Shown: piece after piece, positions 11,685 through 24,590 of the stretch
How the letters are laid out: each line of letters begins with the position of its first letter
Numbering within the stretch: position 1 is the first letter of the stretch
Source: Dimorphilus gyrociliatus
Taxonomy: Eukaryota; Animalia; Annelida
Reading direction: 5' to 3'
DNA length: 64,000 nucleotides
NCBI GenBank assembly: GCA_904063045.1
Contig: CAJFCJ010000015.1
Location: forward strand, 558,001-622,000
The notes under the pieces: generated by a model
Databases searched by the model: none
What the model saw: the letters and a program-made list of their open reading frames with translations, nothing else
Told to the model about the DNA's origin: nothing
Program-made: the position numbers and the translations under genes

Positions 11685-11692
11685 ACTTCCGG
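11685..11692 (+). promoter_or_regulatory. ETS/GABP-type motif (ACTTCCGG) in the LIPT2/ZC4H2 divergent promoter
   Basis: Exact motif 5 nt before the ZC4H2 ATG in a short head-to-head interval. Confidence 0.35.
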
Positions 11693-11697
11693 GAATC

Positions 11698-12635
11698 ATG
11701 GCAGACGAAAAAGATCCAAGCGTCATAAATTGTTTAGAAAAATTGGAAAAAATCAAGGAGATAAGGTATATTCAAGGATAATTTAGCTGTGAAAGTCTAT
11801 AGAATGGAAAGATTCAACGTCGTACTGAAAGATTATATATAAATTTTTATAAATTTAGAGAAATAGAAAAGTTCTTTCAGATCGATATTTCGGCTTTATG
11901 TAGATTAGACAAGATAATCAAACGATGCATGTATTTACCCTTACTGCAGAGGTGCTACTCAACATGTGGAGAAGCTGAGGGCAAAACTAAAATCGGAATT
12001 GGAGAGTGCTCTAGATGAAGAGAAACACTTGTCAGAATACAAAACTGAATTAGAGTTGTTGCTCCAGGAAAAAATGGCTCATGTCGAAGAGCTTCGTCTG
12101 ATTCATGCAGACATAAATCTTGTTAGTATTTCATTTTGGACAACGTTACGCTTCTGCTATTATAGAAATTTTGTTTCTAATTTAGATGGAATCAACGATA
12201 AAGTCGGCCGAAGAAGAAAAAAGTAGAACAGTACAAAATGCTCGCAATCTATTAGAAGAGTTTGTGCCTTTGAAACATCAAGTCGATTCAATGCGTCTAG
12301 TATTTGGGTTAGAAACATTACCTGATTTAGAGCACGACTTGGCTTCAGCTTTAGAAAGACATGGAAGCGTCGTTCCACAAAGTAACGAAGAAGTAACTCA
12401 AACGGCTCCCCCACCTCTTATCTTACCTGGTATGGGATCTAGGCCAGTAGCAGCGAAGGAAACAGCCCCAGCTGCAATATCGAGACCAGGCTTTAGACAA
12501 CAGCCACCACCGATGAAATCGTGCCTATCGTGTCATCAACAAATTCACAGAAATGCTCCAATATGTCCGCTATGCAAAGCCAAAAGTCGTTCTCGTAATC
12601 CAAAGAAGCCAAAAAGGAAGAGCAATGACGACTAA
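11698..12635 (+). CDS. ZC4H2: Zinc finger C4H2 domain-containing protein (3 exons)
   Basis: '[21 protein letters not shown]' and '[43 protein letters not shown]', near-identical to the vertebrate protein. Confidence 0.97.
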
Positions 12636-13324
12636 TTTTTTGTTTATTGTCAACAGCTTGCCGTTAGTTCTTTGTGTGTTTAGGATCTGCTATTGTTATA
12701 TATATATATATATTTTTTTAAATATTAAACAAATTTAATAATCTCTTTTCTTCAGGTTAGTTTTTATTCTCGTTTTTTTGTACCTATTTATGCAGTTTTG
12801 TGGTATCCTATGAGATATTGGATTTTAATGATTTAGGAGCTACGTTCTCCTCTCATTTTTTTCTAGAATACAACAAGGGCTCTTTACTAGGCCAGTCTTT
12901 TCTTAAAAAAAATATAGCCGAAGAAATATCTTGGGAGCTCTATAGTTATATATAGTGAGAGTTTTATATAAAATGAGTGTCACTTACGGATTAAGCGAGT
13001 CAATGAAGCCAAAAGGGAAGGAATAATTTTAATAGTAAATAGGTGTTTAAATGTTAAGGAGGTTAAGAAAACCAAAGGTAATTTTTCCGAAAGAGAATTA
13101 GAGATTAATTCTGTTTTCTTTGCTCTATTTCTCTCAATTTAAGATTAAACAAAATACACTTGGCAAAAAAACTAAATTCCTTACTTTCATATCATTTAAC
13201 TTCAAAAGAAAACTCTACACTATTAATGATATTGCTCATAAATGATTTATAATGAAAAATTTATAGGTATCCATGTGTATTTGGCACAACAAGTAATAAC
13301 ACCTTGTTTAATAGTACTTTTCTT

Positions 13325-13953
13325 TTATTTGGCCGCTATTTGACCGATAGTACTTAACCGCTTTCTGCCAACATCGGAAATTGGAGCGAGTGTCGTACTG
13401 AAACGTCCTTTAACACTTCCTTGAGCAACTGACGTAGTTCTACTATCCTCTTGATTTGTTGTCTCCTGTAAAAGAGAAAGAAAATCATAGACGTGAAAGA
13501 CGAATAATCAATTAATCAGTCAAGTATAAAAAAATAGTTTGCAATTAGACGAGAACTGTAGAGAGTGGGAGGATTTGGAAATTAATGGAAATAATCATTT
13601 ACACTAGAAGGAGTGGAGCAAGATGGAAGACAAAAAATGAAAAAAATAACAGTAAAAAGTATTTTTGTAGATGAAATAGTCAAAAATATTTTTTTAAAAA
13701 AAAAAAAATAGTTAAAAAATTACCCTCATATCCTCAGCCTTTATATACAGTATTTTCACGTGTAGAGATGTGTAATAAAAGGTCAAGGCAAAAAAAAAAA
13801 GGGAAAAAAAACAATCGATTAGAAAAGGTTAATTTTAAAAATAGATTACTATATAAAAAACACTTTACGTTTTTCTACAATATTTACAAAATATTTACAA
13901 ATATCTAGAAACAGACGAAGCGATGAGGCGATGAAAAGACGGAGAGGGAGAGG

Positions 13954-13990
<37 letters not shown>

Positions 13991-16900
13991 GAGGAGTCAA
14001 GAACGATAAATACACTACATTAAATACTTTAAAAGACATATTTAATATCACCGATAAAGTGAATTTTTGACCCATATATACATATTTACCCTTGATTATT
14101 TAATAGTAGAATAAATAATTATTTTAATATACCATAGTATGTATATATGATAATCTTTTTTTGACATTATAAAACATGCAATAGTTTTCCCTACAGAGGT
14201 AGAACCATTTTTAGGGCGGGAAATATAATGAAAAGCTAAAAAAGAACTTTACAAAATGAAATTAACAACGTCTAAAGCGAAACATAAGTATACTATATTT
14301 TCTTTTTGAATAAGGTCCCTACCAATTTATTACTAAAGAATGAAGGCTCTGTTTCGGAACCTTCTCGCAAATTGAATTCCGATAAACGAACATCCCTAAC
14401 GTCAGATGAAAAGGTCGAATTTCGGGATTCCATTTTTAGCTGCTCATTATACGAGTTAGATGTATTTTTTATGGTATATATTTACTGTTTATTAATATAT
14501 TTTAAACTAGTTTTTCACCATATAAAGTAATTAGGACATTTCTTGTAAAAGAAACCATAGACTATACACAGAGTATTAAAAATTACAGTTAAAAATGAAA
14601 AGATGAAAAACTGTAAAAGATAAATAATTCTGAAAGATGAAAAGATTGTGTATTGGATATACAGTTGATAAATATATATCCAGATGAGAGAATATGAGAA
14701 AAGATGAGAAAATATGTAATTTTTAAAAAAAAATACTATAAATGCTAATTGGATTATTAATATAGAGTTTAGCGGTTGTTTTGTTTGAAAAAAAAAATTG
14801 AGTAGACCTATTTACGTTATGGTGTTTTTTTGCTAACGTAACGAGAAAAACAAGAAAAGAAACGCAAAATTAATTAGAAATAAACATATCTATTGATTTA
14901 TATATACTTCTTCTATATGTAGTCATTTATATAAATATATATATCTATCTCTCTATATATTACATTATTATTAAATAAATAGAGCATACCGTATCAGTTT
15001 GTTCTTTATCCTGTTTATTTAAAAAAAAAATGTTGAACCAAAATGTAAAAATAAAAAATTTTTTCTTTAAAAAAAAAAATTAATTAAAAAATGATTTTTT
15101 TCTAGTTTTTTGTGTTGAGGTAACAATTTTTTTTGTTTTTTTTTGTTTTTTTTATAAAAAAAATTGAATAATTGAAGAAAAATATTAAATATATACAAAA
15201 GTATAGTATAGTTTTGCTATTAACATGCAATGGTTGATTTGTCTCTTTTAGTTTTTTTTTTGTTTAAAAAAGTGATCTCATAGTTTTTATTGTAAGTGTG
15301 AGGGTGTATACATCTCATATATATCTCTAATATATATATATATATACTTTGTATGCACAATGCCGTTATTTTAAATTAATGTTTGTGATAGGTGAATTAA
15401 AAAAAAGAGGATGATATTGAGTAATGAGAATGAGGGATGGGCGGGGACTGGGATGTAATGGGAAGAGGTTAAGGGACTATGGGTTGCAACTAAAGACTGA
15501 CCAATTTGAGATTGTTTTGACCATATCTGTTAGAAAAGTAAATAAATCCAAAGGTTTCTTTTTTTTTTTAATCTCTTAGGTTACTATTGGTTTTTTTTTG
15601 TTTCTTCAACTTAGCTAGTGATTAGCTTATATAAATTATATAATGTGAGTTGTATAGATTTCATTAACCTTATTATTTCCCTGTTATCAAATATTAAAAA
15701 ATATACTACTTACCTTCCACTTAACACCCTCTGTTAGTGTAAACGTAAACGTCACCATATTAGATCCTTTTGGTATTGCTGGAAGTGGATGAGCTTTGGC
15801 TGAGGGAGGCTTCCAACTTAAGAATGCTTGCAGTTTTGCTATTCTCTCCTGCTCTTCGGTTGAGAGAGGTCTTTCATCAATTAATGCTTCTGGTTTCCTT
15901 GAAAAGCCTGCCCAGTATGGCAACAGCTCTTTAAGACATTGAAATTGTATCTCGTCAAACATATCTTGTCTATTCTCTTTCCCAGTTAGATATCTTTGAC
16001 AATGTCTAATGCTTTTCTGAGCTAATTCAGGAGAGCAGTCTACCTGAACCTCGGGAGGTGTTGAAGACTGCAAGTAACAATCAATAATCGATTGCAATTT
16101 ACGCCTAATCGTCTCTTCGTCAGCGTGCTGATGATGACAATCCTTGAATTTAGTTGCTTCGAAATAAAAGAATAAATCCTTATCGATTTTAGGCATGCCA
16201 TCCTTCAGGCCATGGTTTCGAAGATATTTGTAAAAAAGCAACATTTCTTTTTGCAAACGACCTTGAGAGGCAATTCTAAGAGCTTGCATGAATTGAACTT
16301 TATCATCCGCCGTTGGTTGAGCTCTACCATCAACCTTTGTTTAAAAAATAGTAGTTAATTTTCTATTAAACTTTTAAGTTAAAGTCTTTAACATTTTCTT
16401 TTTAAAAAAAGTGAAAAAAACACATAAAGGAGGTTAAAAAGTTTCGGATATTCTAAAAAATGCATTAGCCAAAGGAACACAAAACTAAAAGATGAAAATC
16501 ACCGCAAAACATTATAATTTATAAATTATCTCTGGAAGAGTTTCTTCAGGAAAAAAGTCAAGAAGTTTATTAGGATTCTTACTTTCAAGAGATAAGAGAT
16601 AGGACAAAAGCTATTATTTAAAGAGATATGATGAGAATGAGATATTTTCTTTCTATGATTATTAAATACTTTAAATACGAAACTTTCACATAAAATAGGG
16701 AAAGCTGAAGGATTTACTAAAGCTCTTTAGTTTTCTATATTTAATAGATTAAAAAAGTTCGCCCAAAAATAGAGATGTTGAGGAAAAAGATAGACGAACA
16801 CATTAAAAAATTGGAAAGGAATAAAGTATTAATAGGTTGAAGAATGAGAGGATAAATTGTAAAGATTTGAAGGAATAGAGTCATATGAGTAAGGGCGTGG

Positions 16901-19900
16901 GAGAGAATGAATGAAAATTTTTTTTTAGAAAAAAAAAAGAAAAAAAGAGGTCTTTAAATGAAGCGTTCCTCTTCGCTGATAAGATGCTACCTTATAGTGA
17001 ATTTTAGTGTTAGATCTCGACAATTTGTGCGATTCGTGACTAGCTTGTGAAGTGAACGTGCCTTCCTGCGTTGAGTTAAATCATGCACATAAACAATATT
17101 ATATATTATACATATATATATATATATATACTGTATATTTTGGTACACAGTATAGATTGTTATACTATAATATATACAGTATACAGTATACTGTATATTG
17201 CTTTTAAATAACAATCACTGTGTTTTCTTCATTCATTTATATAATTTAAATTTAAATGTCTTTTAAAAAAGATTTGAAAATCAGCCAAAAATATATGTTC
17301 CGAAGAGAAAAGAGGATGACTTTAATGATAACAAGAAAAATCCTTTAAATGCACATGGGGATAAAACAGAATAAAGATTCTCCTTCATTTTATTTAATTG
17401 AATAAAAAAATGAAAGAAGTTGAAATCTGGTTTGGAAGAAGGAGTATGTGGTGAAGGAGGAGAAGTGGGTGGTAGATGAGGAGGAGGTTGAACTCTAGTG
17501 TTCTTAAATAAATAATTAAATGGGATCAAGGTCAATTCAAGTACCACGGGTTTGTTAGTTAGCTCGACGTTCTCTTTTCCACTAATAAATTTTACATGCG
17601 GTGAACTATACAGTGAATGGCGTTTTTTGTGTCGTTTCCTTACGGTTCTCACTACTTTTGTCTTCGTTTCTAGCGAATAATCCGAAATACTTTTGCATTT
17701 CTTAACGTCTAAACGACGTTTCTTCTTTCGCAATAACTTCGTGGACAATAGTGTGGCTTGTAGCATCGCTTTTAAATACTCTTGCTCCTCCGTCAAGTTG
17801 GTCTTATAAATTAGAGTTAGAACCATTACACAAGGTGTTAAGAATAAACATAATAAAGGGAATACTCTTTAAATCATATATACAAATACAAAGAATAACA
17901 ACTTGTAAAATGAATGAATAAATAATATCAATCTCATTCTGATCTGACTATCTGTCTCTCTTCAGCTTTAAACTTAAAAAATTTCTTTCTCTCTCTCTGC
18001 CTCCTTCACTGGCTCTCTCCTTTCTCGCGTCTTTTAATCCTAAGCAAATATAGATTTATGCTCTATATTTCTTCTGACTGATTCCCTCTATCTTACTCTT
18101 CTACTCTGATCTGTTTTTTCACTCATTTGTTAACACATTTTTCTCATCCTTCTATCCCTCATACCAATATTCGCTGATTCTTTTATATTTACTTAAGTAT
18201 CTATCCATACAATTACTCATTCTTATATATAACGATTTTTTAATCGCTTACCTTACTCTTCCCTCTTTTCCAATTTTTTATTAGCATTGGGTCGTTCTCT
18301 AAGGCTGAATCGAGTCTCGATCTCCGAGCCGTAAGCGATTTTTTATCGACCCCTAGCTCTGCTGTTTGGCTCTCCCAGAAACTGGAGAATAACTCGTTGA
18401 TTTTTGGTAATATGTGATTTTGGGCTTCTTTCAAAGTGGCTGTTCTTGGCCTATCTTTTTCCGTTTTCAGTCTACTGTAGAATTTCTCATTCATTAATAT
18501 TTTTTTTTTCGCTGTTTGATCAAAGTAAGATCTGATTTGGAGAAAAAAAAGACATTTATAAAATAGAATCCTTCCTCATTTAAATTGAAGCAACCTTTAG
18601 ATTCTTACCTACTAATCATTACAGCTTGGGCATCCTTTCTAGGCTTTTGTGTACGATCCGAGCCAAGACGATGGTAAGAATCGATATCGAGGTATAGATC
18701 GACTAAGTTTCTACTCTCTTTTCCTTCTCTCTCATTAATAAACTTTTTAAATGTTCCAATCAAGCTATTTCGTGAAGGAGAAAGAAGAAAATTTAATTTT
18801 TATTTTATGCAACAAAGGAACCCGGTTCGAAATTAGCTACTAACGGTTTATCTAATATGATTTCCTTAAAGGTTGGAGGTTTATCGTCTTCTTCCTCATT
18901 TTCGATTTCATCGTCATCTTCTTCTTCACCTTCGTCATCTTCGTAGCTTTTTTTAGTGGTGGCTGCAGAATGGGATGATTTCTTTTCTTCGTCTTCATCT
19001 TTCTGTTTTTTGTTTAGGATAACGGAAATTGGATATTAATGATATCTTTTTAATCGATCTTCTTTCTGGCATTACTTTTGAAAACACTACGTAACATTGT
19101 AATACATTTATACAATACACAATACAAAAAGTAATACACTTTGTATTTAGGCTTACTTGAAATGACACGCCTTTTCTCATTTTCGCTTCTTTTTGTCTCT
19201 TTCTAGCTGCTCTAATAGCTTTCTTCCTCTCTTTTTCCATTTCCGCCCGCCTCTCTTTTGCTTTCCTCCTAATCTCAGCCTGACGAGCTTCGTCAATACT
19301 CTCAGCCAAAGACAAAGCTGTACGTAAACGTTCAGCTCTTTGTGTATTTGTCGAAGAAGGCTGACGTCCTATCCATGGTCTTTGATGTCTGATAACGATT
19401 TGATGATGGTCATCAAGAAATACTTCGATTTCTTCCGCTGTACTGGGAGGTGAAGTAATACGAATATGACAGCATTCAATGAAGTGTTTAGTATCCTCTT
19501 TCAAGTAACGTATCCATGATTTTTCCAATTTGATCATACAGTAATCTCTAGCGCAATCAAAGATTTCCTTTTCAACGAAATAATCAGATTTTTGTAGATT
19601 TCGATAAATCTTATCAATTTCATTACTATCTAAACCGATATACATGTAACTGTTGTATGCAATATATTTATTATATACGTTCCAGGCATGAAATAATCTA
19701 AGTAAACGGTCATTTCTACCCTCTTGAGTAGCCCATTCCTCAACTTCTTGCCAGAAGAGTAAGCCACAGAGTAATTCATCTTCCTTATTTCTAATAAAAG
19801 AATAACATTTTTCCATCAAGTATTTTAGACATAAAACGAAAGAAACATATTCCTATTAGTGCAGTTAAATATATCCTTAATGGGAGATATATATGCGAGT

Positions 19901-22900
19901 GCAGAATGCAATATATAGATATAGATTGAGAAAGTATTTATAGATTTTTGTACTATATATATACATAAACATATATATATTAATATATATATATAAATTT
20001 ATATATATATACTAATATAACACAACTAAATAGTTCTTCCTAGGGAAGATACTTTAGAGTGATTCTGTACTGTAATATGTATACCCGACAATAGAACCAA
20101 AGAAATTGACTTGTTGAAGTATGAGATAAACGGAATATAGTCATATTTACTTTTCATATAAAAATTCATACAAGGTCATATACCTGTTTAGAAATCTAAG
20201 AAAAGGTCCCCCAGCATCCTTATCCATTTTCATTGCGTTTAGTTGCTTTTCATACATTGGAGACCATGGTGTTTTAACTTCAAGCATATCGGATATAGAT
20301 TTGGTAGATTTCTCAACAGATAAACTCCTTCCGGGTTTCTCTATCATCTCCCACTTATCAGTGGCTGCCATTTGTTCTAATACGTTTGGTTTGACAGGCA
20401 TTGAATTAACAACAGACAGCTTAGGGCAATAGAAAGGAGTGCTGGATTGCCTCTTGATATTGTTAAGGGCACTACCATTTCTGCATAGAATATATATGTA
20501 TAGATTAATATATGCATTATATACAGTATGTGCACTATAAGATAAGATATACTATTTTAATAGATATACACTATATACTGTATACTGTATATACAGTATA
20601 TACTAGTATTAAGAAAAGCGAATTTATATACAAAGAGTATTAGCTAAATTTAATAAAAGAATTTATAAACAAGACACCAACCCCAGTAACTCTGTTCGTT
20701 CTTTATGGATTAAAAATCTAGGTAACCAATAAACCCTCAATCTCCTCAATACATCATATTGCGTTCGTATAAATACAGTATGAGATAGATTAGCATTTCT
20801 GGAGGCAGCGTTTATTTGTTTTTGAGCATCTTCAGTCAATTTCATTCTATATTTGTCTTGAATATCACGAAACAATTGATTCCTGACGGCTGTATTTTCA
20901 ATTTCATTATATTCCTCCATTGTATCTGCAAAATATTCGCAATCCAACCAAAAGTTAATCAAATGTATGCCACTGGTATCGGAGAGGAATTCTTTGAACA
21001 TTTGCATTCCGTGAGCCTGTAATAATTAATAATATAACTTTTTCTTTCATTACTCAATTAGATTACTTTAATTATTCTACGTTAGTTTCTGAGGGATACT
21101 AATGACATTACAAGGAAAAATAAATTGCAATTCTGTTATCTAACTTGGTTAAAGACATAAAAATATCACTTATTGCCGAGAAAAGACCCCCCGAGTGTTG
21201 AATTAATGCTATGAGACTTTTAAAAGTTTCAAGAATGTTTTTTATAACTGCTTTTGAAGTATATTTGATACTCACTGATCCTATAAATTGCTCCTTCAAT
21301 TCACGTATGGACAAGTTATGCCTTCCAATTATTGATTTAAGATCAGATTCCGTTTGTCTTTCGTCAATATCATTTGTTTCAAATTCAACAACTGCTTCTT
21401 CATCTGCCCATTCTTCTTGACCGAGATTTTCGTAGTAATCGTGCTTAACGGGTGATGTACCCAGCTCAACTTCGCTTGGTGATTTTACTCTGACAGACCT
21501 TGAACTCTTTCTTTCGCTTTTGGCACTTTTAAGAGCGCTTTTCCTAGATTTTATGGATTCTAAAAGACCTTCTTCAGTTTCCGTGTTAGACACGGAATAA
21601 ATCGGCTTATCTTTCATAGCAAAAGTTGTTTGCCTAACAGCTGGACCAGGCGTCGAACCGGCATTTGCATGACGTCTTTCGACTACATCTTCATCGTCGT
21701 CTGTTACGTCCGTTGTCTTTTTACTAGTTGTCGTAACAGGCCTGTGGGATTGTTTGGTATCAGATTCCGTTGTAGTTTCCGTTTTTGTCCCGAACGAATC
21801 TATTTAAAATATCAGATTATACCCAATTATTTGGCGATTAATGTAACCGACTTAACAATCCCAATCTAGGGGGTAGACTATAGGCTCGACTACCGGGTCT
21901 TTTGTATTTGTAGAGGTTGGCTCTATCAATTTCAGTCCATCGATCGGTATCGTCTAGGTCATGTCCTCCACTATTGTCAGCTGAATTGCTTAAACTCGAA
22001 ACATAGCTTTCGGTTTGTCTACTATAACCTCGAAGGAGACGGGACGAAGCCCTAGATGGAACTTCTTCCAGGTCTCTAAGTAACAGTTTACATAATTTCA
22101 TCTGACGAAACAGAGGAGACCTGTTGTTGGTAATTACATTTACAAACTCGAACTAGTTTTATTTATTCTCATATGATGTTTAATCTCTATTGACCGCCTT
22201 AGAGATGACGTGAAATGTCAAGACCACTTTGAACTTACTGTCGGAAAAGCTGTAATCTCTCTTCCCGGCACCATTCTAGCATTCTATCTCTTTCTTCGTC
22301 AGTTGCTCCATAGGGTGGAGTTTCAGGTCTTTCCACTAAAGATACGCTCCCCGATGATGACAAAGTATTTGGCAGTTCAAGAAACGTTCCCGTTAATCGA
22401 TTATAGTACAAAGGCTTCGGGAAAGCCTATTAGATTATTAATTAATTATACTAGATGGATAATATTTCTAATATACTCACAGGAAGAGCTAGGAAGGCGT
22501 TAAAAAAATCTAAGAATAGGTCATCGAATGTTAATAAATCTTCTAAATTCTCATCGTTTACTTCAAACGCTGGAAAAAATATGTTTTTATTTTCTCTTAA
22601 AAATATTATTTTAATTTTTTTTTAAAAAAAAAAACTCAAGGGTAGAGAATTACAACAAAGAGGAAGAAAAGAAAATCGAAGAGAAAGAGAAGAAAGATAC
22701 ATGAATAGAATATTTATTAGAGAAATAATTAGAAATATTATAGATATAATAGTAGTTTTAAGTTCGGAAGAAAAACAGTAAGAGCAGAAAACACATAGGG
22801 TAAATTAATATTGAGGTAAAAGGGATTACTAACTATCACATAAAAAATCATCCTCTTGATCCATTGTTTTCGCTCTCTACTTGTTTTTTTATTTACACCT

Positions 22901-22921
22901 TTTATCATACCTTTATGTTGT

Positions 22922-22964
<43 letters not shown>

Positions 22965-23197
22965 CAATATATACAGTATTTATACATATAGTTATATAGA
23001 TGCTAAATTTATATATGTATATATACTAATATATATATATATATATGTATATGTATTGAAAATATTGAATACCTCAACGCATAGTAGATTGAAATTTTGA
23101 AGGAAAAAATAATACACTTAACATTCAAACGAGAACAAGCTCAATAAACTTAAAAATGTAAACTCAATGTGAATTGAAGAATAAACTAACCCTTCAT
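13325..23197 (-). CDS. RGS22: Regulator of G-protein signalling 22-like, multi-exon, several RGS domains; first exon tentative
   Basis: N-terminal 'LEDLLTFDDLFLDFFNAFLALP-AFPKPLYYN' matches RGS22. RGS-type segments 'GIHLINFWLDCEYF', 'LLFWQEVEEW', 'DLFFYFEATKFK', 'FTFTLTEGVKWK'. Last exon ends ...GQIAAK*. Confidence 0.85.
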
Positions 23198-24401
23198 TAC
23201 TGATTTATCCAAGTTGGGTATATAGACTTAATATTAAAAAAAAATAATAATTAAAGTGTTTAACTCCGACAACCCGAAAACCATGTTTTTCTAGTTGCTA
23301 CGAAGCGTTCATATCGCTCTATAGTTACTGGCCTGAACGCGATCAATCTCTCTCTCTCTTCTGGTAAAGAAAAATCTTTATGTTCTCTGTTCTATGTTTT
23401 TTTTTTTATATATATATATATATATAGATATACAGTATATACAAATGCTGTAGTTTTATGCTATCAATAGGCCTACGATTACAACTTAATCTTTGACTGC
23501 TGTTGACTTTACGTAATATTTATTGTATTTATTGGTTATCCTGCGTATCACAGTTATATACTGTATGTACACATATTAGATTGTAAAATACTAAAAGTTG
23601 TATAAGTCTATTGACTTTTTGTGCATTATTAATTCATATTAATTTGTTACACGAATACCTCTTACTCTTTGAATAATTTTCACACTCATGAATAATTCAT
23701 TAGGGAATTATTTTTTTTTATACAAAGATTTTATTGAAAGCAATAGATGGCATTAGCAACGGAAAGGATTTAGATAGGATGTAATGAAACAAACTAATAA
23801 CTCCTCAAGAAAGATCATTAGTTTGTAACAATAGCGAGCATTGATGACTAGAGAGTTACTATTACTTTTTAATCAAAAATATATTTAATTCACTAACATA
23901 GAGTGTTTATTTCCTGACAAACCTCCAGTTCGAAATGATCAGCATATAAGTTAAAGAGATGTGTACAGGAAAATTATTCAAATCAATGTTTTCTGTTTTC
24001 TCTACCAATGAAATATAGACGAGCAAATAAGTAACGAATCAGATAATATAACATGAAAAAGGAAAATCCCTTCTCCGCCAGACCTTTAAACTTTATCAAC
24101 CATGAAAAGCCTAACTTGCTAACAAATCATTTGTAGTTTTCCTTTGTCTAATACCTGTCTAAATAACAATTCCGCCTTCACTTTCTCGTTTCTCTATCGT
24201 TCTATCGATCTATTTTCCCCTGTATATCTTGTATACCGCTCTCTTTAGCATGAATACTTATGTCTAGTATCCATTTCCAACGCATAAATATTTCTCTCTA
24301 TCAATTAGTGTGAAAAAATTTTTGCTGATACTTAATTAATGTAAAAATTTATGCTTTCAATCAATGAAGAAAGGAGCTTGAGAATAGTATAAAGAAAAAA
24401 T

Positions 24402-24590
24402 ATGGAAAGAGAAAGAAAGAGAGAAAGAGAGAGAGGGAGAAAGAGAGAGAAAGAGAGAGAGACAGAGAAAGTGAGAGAGAGAGAGGGAGGGAGGGAGGGA
24501 GGGAGAGCAAATGAGACAAACAAACATATAGACAAACAGAGCAGGAGGGTAAAGGAGGAGAAAGAAGAACCAAAGAAGAAGATAGAGAAA
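24402..24590. repeat. GA-rich homopurine/low-complexity tract
   Basis: (GA)n/(GAAA)/(GGGA) runs; source of the spurious ORFs at 24332-24692. Confidence 0.85.

Noticed and set aside
23294-23302. RFX X-box half site (GTTGCTA) upstream of RGS22
   Set aside because: Only a half site; too weak to call.
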